Part shown: in pieces, positions 15,840-24,189 of the stretch
How positions within the stretch are numbered: the stretch's first letter is position 1
Layout: the number at the start of each line of letters is the position of its first letter
Virus record (IMG/VR): IMGVR_UViG_3300029317_000051
Location: 1 to 24,189 of that record
Reading direction: 5' to 3' (one strand)
Length of the DNA stretch: 24,189 bases
From: a virus
Lineage: Duplodnaviria; Caudoviricetes
Position numbers and translations under genes: made by a program
Notes under the pieces: generated by a model
Told to the model about the DNA's origin: nothing
Database searches by the model: none
Seen by the model: the letters and a program-made list of their open reading frames with translations, nothing else

Positions 15840-17781
15840 AGTAACGCTTACCGCCGAAGATAAAACCAAGATTGCGTTTAATTCAATGCAAAGCAATATT
15901 TCGGGAGCAACGAATAAAGTCGCCATGCTTGCGGGAGGGGTGGCGACGCTGGCAGGAGTTGGCGGGCTTGGGTATCTTGTACAGCAGCAATTTGAAGCTA
16001 TTGATTCGCTGGCCAAGTGGTCCGATAAGTTAGGAACCTCTACGGAGGCGCTAGCCAAGTTACAGTTTGCGGTTGGTCAAACGTCAGATGTCACAGATAA
16101 GCAATTTAACACCGCACTACAAAGAATGACGCGGCGTGTTGCTGAGGCCGCCAATGGCACTGGAGAAGCAAGAAAAGCAATTCAAGAGCTAGGGCTTGAT
16201 GCGCAAAAGCTGAAGGATATGGGGCCGGATGAGGCATTTTTACAAATATCTGACGCCATGAAAGAAGTGGAAGGGCAGGGTGACAGGGTTCGTCTTGCGT
16301 TTAAGCTATTTGATTCTGAAGGTGTAAGTCTTGTTAATACGCTGGATGAAGGCTCTGAAAAATTACGAGAGTTAGGGCGAGAAGCTGAGTTGGCAGGGCT
16401 GGCAGTGAATCGCATGGATGCTGCCAAGATTGAGGCGGCCAATGACGCGTTTGATAAAGCGCAAAAGCTTTCTGTAGGGTTTGGTCGTGCCATTGCCGTG
16501 CAGGTAGCGCCAGTTGTGTCTGATTTGGCGAGCCGGTTTTTTAATGCTGCTGTTGAAGCTGGCGGCATGGGAGAGATTGTTAATAGCGGAATGGTGGCGG
16601 GCCTAAAAGTTATCGGGTTGTTTGGCGATGGTTTGCGAGGCATTCAGATTATTTATCAGACCTTGAAAGCGTTGTCGATGGAGTGGGTGACAAAGCAGAT
16701 CGAAGCGTTAGCGTATGCGGACGAAGCGTTAACAGGGTTTTTGAATAAAATCCCTGGAGTGACTGCTGAAGTGTCGCAAGGGCTGAAGTATGTAGCGAAC
16801 AGCTTAAGAGAAGAAACGGATGCGGCATGGGATGGGCTACATGAAAAAATGATGGCCCCTTTGCCTTCCGACGCTATTGAAGAATGGTATGCAAATGTCC
16901 AGAGGAAATCCGAAGAGGCCGCCTTGATCCTTGCAAAGGATAAAGAGAACTCTTTAGGTGCTGGTGGTGGCGGGGATGGAAAAGAAGAGGTTGATGCGCT
17001 CAAATTGAAGCTTGGGGAATTAAAGCTACTAACAGATACGCACCAAGCAACTACGGCAGAGTCTGAACAGTTGGCGTATTTGAAGCGCCTAGAAATGTTG
17101 CGGGAGAATTACGAAAGCGGCGTCATACCATCTTTGGAGGCTTACCACGCACACATTGCTAACGTTGCCCAAAAGCACCAAAACAAATTAACAGACATGA
17201 CCAAAAAGGCTGCTGATAAGCGGCTTAAATACAACGGCAAGTCTTACAAAAATGAGACTGAAGCCGTGCTGGGCTTTATGTCTCAGCAAACATCTGGGAT
17301 AGCGAGCGAATCAAAGGAAGCGTTTCAGCTTAACAAGCAGTTGGCCACGGCTAATGCAATGTTAAAAATGGGCGAGGCAGTCCAAGGCGCGTATGCATTT
17401 GGCAACAATGTAGGCGGGCCTTATGTGGGGGCCGCTTTTGCTGCGGTTGCTGCGGTTGTTTCATTTAAAAATATTCAACAAATACAAAGTCAGCAGTTTT
17501 CTGGCGGTGGGTCTACGGCATCTTATAACTCCTCTTCTGGTGTTATTTCCTCGCCAGCAGCCCCTACCGATATTGAGAGTGGTTCTTCTGTTGGTTTTGG
17601 TGAGGAATCGGAGCCTTCAGGCGGGCTTACTATCATCTTTCAGGGTGACGTTACCGGGCTCAATGAAAGCGATTTGGCTGATTCACTTATCGAAACGATT
17701 CAGGACAGAGTCAATAATCAAGATTTATTGTTGATCGAAGGCAGCAGCGCAAACGGGCGCGCACTGGGGACAGCGGCATGA
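15820..17781 (+). CDS. Tail tape measure protein (653 aa)
   Basis: Long Ala-rich helical ORF after G/T; LTAEDKTK start, IDSLAK..LQRMTRR..GEARKAIQELGL; Gly/Ser-rich C-terminus. Confidence 0.9.
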   Translation: MPKNVSKVTLTAEDKTKIAFNSMQSNISGATNKVAMLAGGVATLAGVGGLGYLVQQQFEAIDSLAKWSDKLGTSTEALAKLQFAVGQTSDVTDKQFNTALQRMTRRVAEAANGTGEARKAIQELGLDAQKLKDMGPDEAFLQISDAMKEVEGQGDRVRLAFKLFDSEGVSLVNTLDEGSEKLRELGREAELAGLAVNRMDAAKIEAANDAFDKAQKLSVGFGRAIAVQVAPVVSDLASRFFNAAVEAGGMGEIVNSGMVAGLKVIGLFGDGLRGIQIIYQTLKALSMEWVTKQIEALAYADEALTGFLNKIPGVTAEVSQGLKYVANSLREETDAAWDGLHEKMMAPLPSDAIEEWYANVQRKSEEAALILAKDKENSLGAGGGGDGKEEVDALKLKLGELKLLTDTHQATTAESEQLAYLKRLEMLRENYESGVIPSLEAYHAHIANVAQKHQNKLTDMTKKAADKRLKYNGKSYKNETEAVLGFMSQQTSGIASESKEAFQLNKQLATANAMLKMGEAVQGAYAFGNNVGGPYVGAAFAAVAAVVSFKNIQQIQSQQFSGGGSTASYNSSSGVISSPAAPTDIESGSSVGFGEESEPSGGLTIIFQGDVTGLNESDLADSLIETIQDRVNNQDLLLIEGSSANGRALGTAA

Positions 17782-18173
17782 CGGCAGTAACTTATGTTTC
17801 AAAGCGTTCGGTGATCGAAAGTCATAGCATTGATTTGAGTTATGACATTGATTTGCCTCTATCGAGCTACACCCCGAAACCAAAAGCCAAAAAAAAGATG
17901 CATGAATCGCTTGGCGGCGGCGTGCAAACTATTCTCCATTCGATCTCGGATAATTACTCGTGCACCACTTCTTTGCTTGAGGGTGAGGAGTACGACGCAG
18001 CCTGGGAATTCTTTGCCTCAGTGATTGGAGGCGAGGTGTTTCAATTTGATGGCAAAGGTACAGCAGCGGCCCCCGACAACCCTGTAAGCGCTATTTTGGT
18101 AGGTGACCCCTTGCCGCGCCTTATTAATAAAATCCCTCAATATAGAATTACATTTACGGTACGGTTCATATGA
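17778..18173 (+). CDS. Probable distal tail protein (Dit-like)
   Basis: 131-aa ORF with ATGA overlaps at both ends, between tape measure and hub; beta-rich C-terminal YRITFTVR. Function assigned by synteny. Confidence 0.6.
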   Translation: MTAVTYVSKRSVIESHSIDLSYDIDLPLSSYTPKPKAKKKMHESLGGGVQTILHSISDNYSCTTSLLEGEEYDAAWEFFASVIGGEVFQFDGKGTAAAPDNPVSAILVGDPLPRLINKIPQYRITFTVRFI

Positions 18174-21100
18174 GATCAGATAGTATTGAATATTCAGCGT
18201 TAAGCTCTGCGGTTCAGTTAGAGCCGGTGCATGTTATAGAGCTTTCATTTACGCTTCAGAATGATGATCAGGTATATTTTACGGACAGCGGAAATGTGCC
18301 TTTTCCAGCAGGCACTACCCAAATATTCCAAAATGTCGTGCGTTCAATTTCTGACACATCGCAAAGGCTCGACATTGAAAAGTTTAATGCCACCATTGGA
18401 AATTTGTCGTTTGGTCTAGTGGACGTAGGCGGGACAATTACGGATATATTGCGTTCAAAATCTGAAGCAGGAAAATCAATTTCACAAATGCGTGTTCGGA
18501 TACATCGAGGCTTTGCGGGCATGGATTTTTCAAAGTTCTCAGTTGTGCAAACTCAAATTGTACAAAATATGCACCTAGACGCGATAAGCTATCGGTTTAA
18601 TTGCCTTGATGTGCAGCGAACACAAAAGAAAACTTTGTTTAAGGTTAAATCAACCGTTCTGACGTCTAACGTGGCTGCTGACGATGATTTTATTAATGTT
18701 ATTACAACGGATGGGCTAGAGACTGTTTTTCACGGCTCCAGCTATTCAGACGCCCCTGGCCTTAAAGTCGGGTACGTGGAAATTGTAGATGATAACAAAT
18801 CTGAGGTTGTTCGCTGGGAGAGCAAAACGAGCACTGGCCTTATGAATATTCAGCGCGGGGCTTTGGGCACTCGTGCGCGCGACTTTTTGGCGATAGATAA
18901 TAACGAGAATCGAAATATAGAAGTTCGAGAGCTGGTTTACCTTGAGCTACCCGCTGTTAAATTAGAATACGCTTTGTTAACGGGAAATTTGTTTAATGAT
19001 GCAGGCGAGAAACTTCCTGATCATTGGAATCTTGGCGTTGATGCTCAGTATATTTCTACGGCACACTTTACTACGATTGGCGCTGATATATGGGACCCGC
19101 TAGATGATTCAAAGGGTAAGATGCTTCGATTTGTTGGCGTAGAGGACGAAGACGGAAAGAAGTTTATTGAAGCTGAGGTCAATGGGCCGCATGGTCTATT
19201 TAACATTGTTTTGGCAACAGGTGAGCTGGGTTTAAAGCGAGTTAGCGGTGTTTTATCGACAAGCCCTTACGGCGCAGTGCTTGATAAATCTAACATTAAA
19301 TCGGTTGGACACATTCGGTACAAACACGATGCCATCATTAACTTAATACAGGTTGATTGGGGCTGGACGCATCGTGACGATGTTTACAAGAGAACAAACG
19401 CCTTTATTGATTCTGAAAGCGCGTCACTTTACAAAAACACCAAAATAAAAACATTTCAGTTTAAAGGGCTGCAAGGCCAGAAACACAGCGCGCATTCTAT
19501 TAGAGATATGTTTGATGCTTACCGTGATCGCTTCTCTGGCCCACCGATAACCGTTCAATTAAAACTGATGCCACAGTTAAATGTTTTAGAAGTAGGCGAT
19601 ACTGTGCGCGTAAATCTAGAAGGTTTTGCAGACCATTTGGCCGACGGGTATTTAGATAGAACCTTTGAAGTTCAGTACATTAAAAATGATTGGATAAGCG
19701 GCGAGGTGGTGGTTGATCTATTTGCGTCTAGCCGAAAAGCAGGGGCGCTGGCTGATTATGGCGGCGGGGATACGGGAGTATATGAGCCTGTTTTTGCTTT
19801 GCCTGATGATTGGTATACGATAAATGGCACTGATATAGAGGCGGCCTATCCGGCGAATTTTAGTCGGGATGGCGATGTTGTTACATTAACGCAAGACCTT
19901 GAGGTGACGGGAGAAGGCCAGCTTTATGACTCCCCCTTTACAGGGTATCGAGACGGGGCTGTTTTCTATGTCAATGGGGATTTTGTAATCCCAAGCGGTA
20001 GACAGTTAACGCTGGCGCGGAACGGCATTTTTAAAACGAAAGGTTTTTTTACTTGCTGGGGAACTTTTAATTTGAGAGGCAAAGGCACCCCCGGCGGGAC
20101 ATTTACACCGCATGGAGACTTTCACGTTCGCGGCCCTTGGGGTGGTAACTGGTTTGACAGGGTAGACCTGTCATCATTTCGGTTTACTGGTGACGCCGAT
20201 TCTGATGCGTTGCCAGGATTTATTTCAAAAAATATTCGCCCTCAAGAATCTTTAATTGTATTCGCTTCAACAAGGTACGTACAATTTAGGGCGGTTGCTG
20301 CCGCTCTTAATCCGTCGTCTATTAGCTACACAGGCTATACGTTGCCGCCCCCCCTGTCGCTGAAAAGTGATGTGCTTTACTCTGATATTGATTTTTTGTC
20401 AGGCTTGCCAATAAGGCTAGAAGGAGCGGGTGGCCCCGTTGGCGGGGGGTTATATTCTGGAACAATAATCGCTAACGGGGGAACAGAGCTTGATTTTACA
20501 TTAAACACAGGGGCCGAAGGAGGGGATGGCGGTGTGGCCGGAGGGGGGGTTGCGATTTTTTGCCGAGGCATGGATTTTGGTGCGAGTGGTCAGCTAGATG
20601 TTTCCGGCGGGGATAGTCCGCAAAATTTAACGCCTGTAACAGAATTTCACAGAAGGCATGAACACGGGCATTTAGTTGCTCCGTGGGAGAGCGATTGGAT
20701 TGGTCCGGTTTATGCGGGAGTGGGTGGCGGGGGTGGACCCGGTGCGGCGTATATTTTCGTTGATGGTACTGTTAATTCTCCACCGCTAATCAATGGAGAA
20801 ACTATCCGAGCCGAGTATGGGATCAGCAAGCAACTGGGAGATGCAAAGGCAGGCGATGGTGGTTATAGGCAAGCTATACCGCTCTATGGCGGCGCTGTTT
20901 CATGCTATGCCGTAGGTAACGATCAGGCATACGAAAACAATTGGGAGGCTCATGTAAGGCTCCAAGTGCTAACGCCACACATTGATGCACAGCCAGATAT
21001 AGAAGTGGAGACTGACCAGCCGCTATCTATCGTATTAAGTGAAAAAACTAATACACCAATAACGCCAGCGGGGGATCAGTCGTCTATTGAGGTAACTGTG

Positions 21101-23323
21101 ATGCCACCAACGACAGGGAATTATTCATATTCACACATACAATATCGCTTGCTAGGTGTTCTCGCGTGGTCTGATGTTGGTCCGGCAGAGCCCGAAACGG
21201 CTTTTCAGGTTCCTAGTGATGGGTCAAGTTATCAAGTTAGGGCGCTAGCAGTTTCAACTACTGACAATATGCTAACAAGCGGCCCCGTTGAAACTATTGC
21301 GGTTATCGACTTTTCAGCCAATCAATCAACAATACGCCCCGCCAGTAACGTGACGGGGCTTAGAATTTCTGGAAAATCAATAGGGGTGTTGAATTTCGAC
21401 ACGCCAGACTTATCTATTCGTTGGAACCTCGATAATGTTGGAGGGGTTCCAAATACACTTGATGATTGGTTTGATCATTTTCTTATTGAGTTTCGGGACG
21501 GCGCAACCGTCGCCCATACCGTAGAAACAAAATCAAATTATTACACGCTAACAAAGGCAGAAAATGACACTATATCAGGCGGCCCTTTCTCTTCGCTAAA
21601 TGCAAGAGTGTATCAAGTTACTGTCGACGGTGAAGAGTCAGCCATTGCAGCACAACAAACATTCTCAAATATAGCGCCAGGACTGCCAAGCTCATTTGGT
21701 GCGATGGGTGGCGCGTATGGGGCGTCTATTGCCTGGGCCAACCCTACAAATAATGATTTGGCGTCGATTGAAATCTATATGAATACCGTGGCAGGCTTTA
21801 CGCCAGCAGCAGGCAATAAAGTATTTGATGCTTTGGCTGATTCTGTAAGTCTTGCTGATTTACAGCCTGCAACACAATATTATTTTGTTGCGCGTGCGCG
21901 TGATTGCTTTGGTTCTGTGAGTGCGTTCTCTGCGGCGGAGTCGTTTACAACTGGCGCGGCAGGTAGCGGCGTTGCTAGCTGGGATGGGTTGACGGGCAAG
22001 CCTGACGATTCTGACTTGCTTAATTCAGAACAGCAATGGGGGGATATTGACGGCCCAGGAACGCCAGCCGATAACGCCGATGTAACCACCGAACAATTGG
22101 GGGGCAATGGAGTCAACAGCATGGCTCCATTATATTCAGTATTCAATGCAGCAGAATTGCCCCCGTTAACTTTGTTTTTTGCAACAGCAGCGTTAGACGC
22201 TACTGACTCTGTTTTTGGTGCGGGCTGCGTTAAAGTTGTTAACACCAACGCCTCTTTTGATAGCCGTGTATATTTCGGAGCAACTGACACCACCTACAAT
22301 ATTCCTAGACAACCCAGCACCAAGTATCGCGTTAGTGTTTACGTTAAAGTGCAAGTTGCCGGAACCCGTATAAAATTCTATGTTAAAAATTCCGGTGCGG
22401 CCTATAGCGTTTCGTCTGATATCACCATTGCCACATCGTCAGTATGGGAGCGTATATCCTATGATTTCACCACTAACAATTTGGCCACTACTTCCGAACT
22501 GCGGTTAGACAGCAATTCTTTAGTGGGTGATTACGTCAAGTACGACGGCATTATGATTGAAGAAGTTATTGGGTCAGCTTCCGCCCCGTCTGCTTTTGCG
22601 CTGCCAGGGAACGACGGCCAAGTCCTTTGGGGAGGCGTCTTGGGAATAAATGCACCGTCAGATAACGCTGATAACACTGTGCAGGCTGGCGCAGACTCCT
22701 ATTTTGGCGGAACCTCTTTTTTTAGAATCAATAAATCTATTTTCGAAAAATACCCGTCAGATGCAATTAAAACCGCATCGTGGTCCGCTGATGATGGGCG
22801 GCTTAGGCTTCAGGACCAAACAGGGTATGCGTACTGCAATGTCAAGTTTCACCCTGGCAGCCTTGCCTTTGTTGAAATAGACCCGCTCAAGAAAAAAAGA
22901 ATTAAAACAAAGATAAATGTTGAAGATTGGTCGTCGTCGTGTACGTACTTTTTTGGGTGCGGGAAGTACCGCTTGGATAGTGGTGGGCCTGCTTCTGCTG
23001 GTTTCGGTATATTTATACAAGATTCTGGAGATATTTATTACGGCGTAATCACTTCAACAAACGTAGCTCCGCAGCTCTTTACTTGCAACGCCAATATCAG
23101 CGACTATTCGAGTGTATATGGTAAAATATTCACCCTTGAAATTGTTTACAGTATAGGGAATGCAGAGATTTACCTTGACGGGGTTTTGAAATGCACGGTA
23201 GCCAATAAGATAGGCTACAACCATCATGATTATATGTTTGAGTCATACCTCAGTTATACGGGTTCAGCTTCTTCATATTTAGCGGTTGTTGAGCAGCACG
23301 AAGTTATTTATCTACAGGAGTAG
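18170..23323 (+). CDS. Tail tip hub / central fibre (host-specificity protein), 1717 aa
   Basis: N-terminal hub-like region (RGALGT; LEVGDTVRV..FEV), Gly-rich segment, Fn3 repeats (..LQPATQYYFVARARDCFG), CBM4/9-like module (PSTKYRVSVYVK..WERISYDFTT..YDGIMIEE), C-terminal ConA-like module (AEIYLDGVL). Confidence 0.85.
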   Translation: MRSDSIEYSALSSAVQLEPVHVIELSFTLQNDDQVYFTDSGNVPFPAGTTQIFQNVVRSISDTSQRLDIEKFNATIGNLSFGLVDVGGTITDILRSKSEAGKSISQMRVRIHRGFAGMDFSKFSVVQTQIVQNMHLDAISYRFNCLDVQRTQKKTLFKVKSTVLTSNVAADDDFINVITTDGLETVFHGSSYSDAPGLKVGYVEIVDDNKSEVVRWESKTSTGLMNIQRGALGTRARDFLAIDNNENRNIEVRELVYLELPAVKLEYALLTGNLFNDAGEKLPDHWNLGVDAQYISTAHFTTIGADIWDPLDDSKGKMLRFVGVEDEDGKKFIEAEVNGPHGLFNIVLATGELGLKRVSGVLSTSPYGAVLDKSNIKSVGHIRYKHDAIINLIQVDWGWTHRDDVYKRTNAFIDSESASLYKNTKIKTFQFKGLQGQKHSAHSIRDMFDAYRDRFSGPPITVQLKLMPQLNVLEVGDTVRVNLEGFADHLADGYLDRTFEVQYIKNDWISGEVVVDLFASSRKAGALADYGGGDTGVYEPVFALPDDWYTINGTDIEAAYPANFSRDGDVVTLTQDLEVTGEGQLYDSPFTGYRDGAVFYVNGDFVIPSGRQLTLARNGIFKTKGFFTCWGTFNLRGKGTPGGTFTPHGDFHVRGPWGGNWFDRVDLSSFRFTGDADSDALPGFISKNIRPQESLIVFASTRYVQFRAVAAALNPSSISYTGYTLPPPLSLKSDVLYSDIDFLSGLPIRLEGAGGPVGGGLYSGTIIANGGTELDFTLNTGAEGGDGGVAGGGVAIFCRGMDFGASGQLDVSGGDSPQNLTPVTEFHRRHEHGHLVAPWESDWIGPVYAGVGGGGGPGAAYIFVDGTVNSPPLINGETIRAEYGISKQLGDAKAGDGGYRQAIPLYGGAVSCYAVGNDQAYENNWEAHVRLQVLTPHIDAQPDIEVETDQPLSIVLSEKTNTPITPAGDQSSIEVTVMPPTTGNYSYSHIQYRLLGVLAWSDVGPAEPETAFQVPSDGSSYQVRALAVSTTDNMLTSGPVETIAVIDFSANQSTIRPASNVTGLRISGKSIGVLNFDTPDLSIRWNLDNVGGVPNTLDDWFDHFLIEFRDGATVAHTVETKSNYYTLTKAENDTISGGPFSSLNARVYQVTVDGEESAIAAQQTFSNIAPGLPSSFGAMGGAYGASIAWANPTNNDLASIEIYMNTVAGFTPAAGNKVFDALADSVSLADLQPATQYYFVARARDCFGSVSAFSAAESFTTGAAGSGVASWDGLTGKPDDSDLLNSEQQWGDIDGPGTPADNADVTTEQLGGNGVNSMAPLYSVFNAAELPPLTLFFATAALDATDSVFGAGCVKVVNTNASFDSRVYFGATDTTYNIPRQPSTKYRVSVYVKVQVAGTRIKFYVKNSGAAYSVSSDITIATSSVWERISYDFTTNNLATTSELRLDSNSLVGDYVKYDGIMIEEVIGSASAPSAFALPGNDGQVLWGGVLGINAPSDNADNTVQAGADSYFGGTSFFRINKSIFEKYPSDAIKTASWSADDGRLRLQDQTGYAYCNVKFHPGSLAFVEIDPLKKKRIKTKINVEDWSSSCTYFFGCGKYRLDSGGPASAGFGIFIQDSGDIYYGVITSTNVAPQLFTCNANISDYSSVYGKIFTLEIVYSIGNAEIYLDGVLKCTVANKIGYNHHDYMFESYLSYTGSASSYLAVVEQHEVIYLQE

Positions 23324-23325
23324 GC

Positions 23326-23652
23326 ATGATAATTATTTATACAGATAGATTTATGAAGCCTGAAATTTGGGCTCTCAATTTGTTTTTTATAACCTTAATA
23401 CGGCCCAGCAAAAAGGGCAACAAGGCCCTTGTTGAGCATGAGCGAGTACACATGCACCAGATACTCAAATGGTGGGTGCTTTGGCCATTTATGTATCATT
23501 GCACAAAAAAGTGGCGGCTTAAGTTTGAGGTGGAAGCGTACAAGGCCAGTATTGAGCATGGAAGGAGTGTGGACAGTGCCGCTAAGGCGTTGTGCAAATA
23601 TTACGGGCTTGATATTACGAAAGAAGAGGCAAAAAAACTTCTAACCACATAA
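23326..23652 (+). CDS. Small HExxH zincin-like protein
   Basis: LVEHERVHMHQ..Y..RLKFEVEAY; SD AGGAG. Confidence 0.7.
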   Translation: MIIIYTDRFMKPEIWALNLFFITLIRPSKKGNKALVEHERVHMHQILKWWVLWPFMYHCTKKWRLKFEVEAYKASIEHGRSVDSAAKALCKYYGLDITKEEAKKLLTT

Positions 23653-23676
23653 TAAAGCACGCATGCGCAAGCCCCA

Positions 23677-23839
23677 TCAAGGGCCTGGGAATATAGCCTT
23701 CTCCGCCGCTAACGCCAAAAGCTCAGCGGTAGGGCTATTTGTCATTGTATCCCTCACACAGGAAAGGCAGCGCTTTGTGGGTGGCTGATAGTAGCACCCC
23801 CTCAGGCGTTGATTCGCCAGTATTCTTGGTTATGGTCAT
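23677..23839 (-). pseudogene. Frameshifted, truncated paralog of the N-terminal half of the adjacent HTH gene
   Basis: Two minus-strand mini-ORFs: 23839-23735 MTITKNTGESTPEGVLLSATHKALPFLCEGYNDK and 23745-23677 MTNSPTAELLALAAEKAIFPGP; together they align to GSTTP..H..LP..GYIAPNAE of 23836-24189. Confidence 0.5.
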
Positions 23840-24189
23840 TTTAAGAGCCCCTTTACCCCTAAAGCGTCCCGGTCGCTATGAATGTCAATCGCGCCAGCAA
23901 CAAGAAGCATTAGCCTCCAAGCTGAATATGGGATTTGCCTGTGATCTTTGGATGTTGTTTTCCATCGCCTTACTGTTGGGCTTCCTTTTTTATCTGAAAA
24001 GTTAACGCCAGTAATGATAGCGACTTGGTTTTGTGTCCAGCCCATTATTTGTATAAGCGCGTTAACTGTTTCGGCGTTTGGCGCTATGTAGCCAAGCTGA
24101 GAAGGAAGGGCGCTGGGGTGATTCCTGATCGCCTCCAGGGTTGCGGGTGTTGTCGATCCGCTGCCGTATATAGGAATTTCTGTAGACAT
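23836..24189 (-). CDS. HTH transcriptional regulator, KorC/Aca3-like
   Basis: P..ETVNALIQIMGWTQNQVAIITGV..KGSPTVRRW..IPYSAWRLML parallels IncP KorC (TVRRW..IPYAAW) and Aca3 (TQAQVAEITG..VRRW), both recalled from memory. Confidence 0.75.
   Translation of the reverse strand: MSTEIPIYGSGSTTPATLEAIRNHPSALPSQLGYIAPNAETVNALIQIMGWTQNQVAIITGVNFSDKKGSPTVRRWKTTSKDHRQIPYSAWRLMLLVAGAIDIHSDRDALGVKGLLK

Noticed and set aside
5697-22293. Numerous minus-strand ORFs of 60-165 aa (e.g. 5697-6194, 7098-7469, 16182-16643, 21880-22293)
   Set aside because: They lie antisense to well-supported genes, have Ser/Pro-rich shadow composition and show no motifs.
22700-23323. Diversity-generating retroelement target at the fibre C-terminus
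   Set aside because: No reverse transcriptase and no template/variable repeat pair visible in the window.
23739-24005. 88-aa plus-strand ORF with a hydrophobic C-terminus
   Set aside because: TTG start without a clear SD; antisense to the better-supported HTH gene and its paralog remnant.
1-24189. tRNA genes, CRISPR arrays, IS elements, att sites, introns/inteins
   Set aside because: None seen by eye: intergenic gaps are short and explained, and terminase, portal and capsid are of ordinary length. A covariance-model scan was not run.

Overview
Almost the complete late region of a lambdoid, cos-type siphophage or prophage; the host is probably a Gammaproteobacterium (inference). Order on the + strand: two small early ORFs, a Zn-finger antiterminator Q, a pR'-like promoter with a lambda-type AACGATGGG pause element and tandem terminators, and a non-canonical lysis cassette (DUF5675-like endolysin, 3-TM holin, TM/coiled-coil protein, no evident spanins). 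Next comes an unusual 4-kb cargo pair (a 459-aa signal-peptide protein and an 878-aa beta-helix/cadherin/Ig adhesin-like protein), then a displaced gpZ-like gene and a probable cos region. The morphogenesis genes follow: Nu1/GpA terminase, gpW, portal, ClpP-capsid fusion, DUF2190, FII-like, U-like, tail tube, G/GT chaperones with a -1 frameshift, tape measure, Dit-like, a 1717-aa hub/fibre and a small HExxH protein. On the - strand at the right end is a KorC/Aca3-like HTH gene followed by a frameshifted, truncated paralog of its N-terminal half. All family calls come from motif recognition and synteny; no database search was run.
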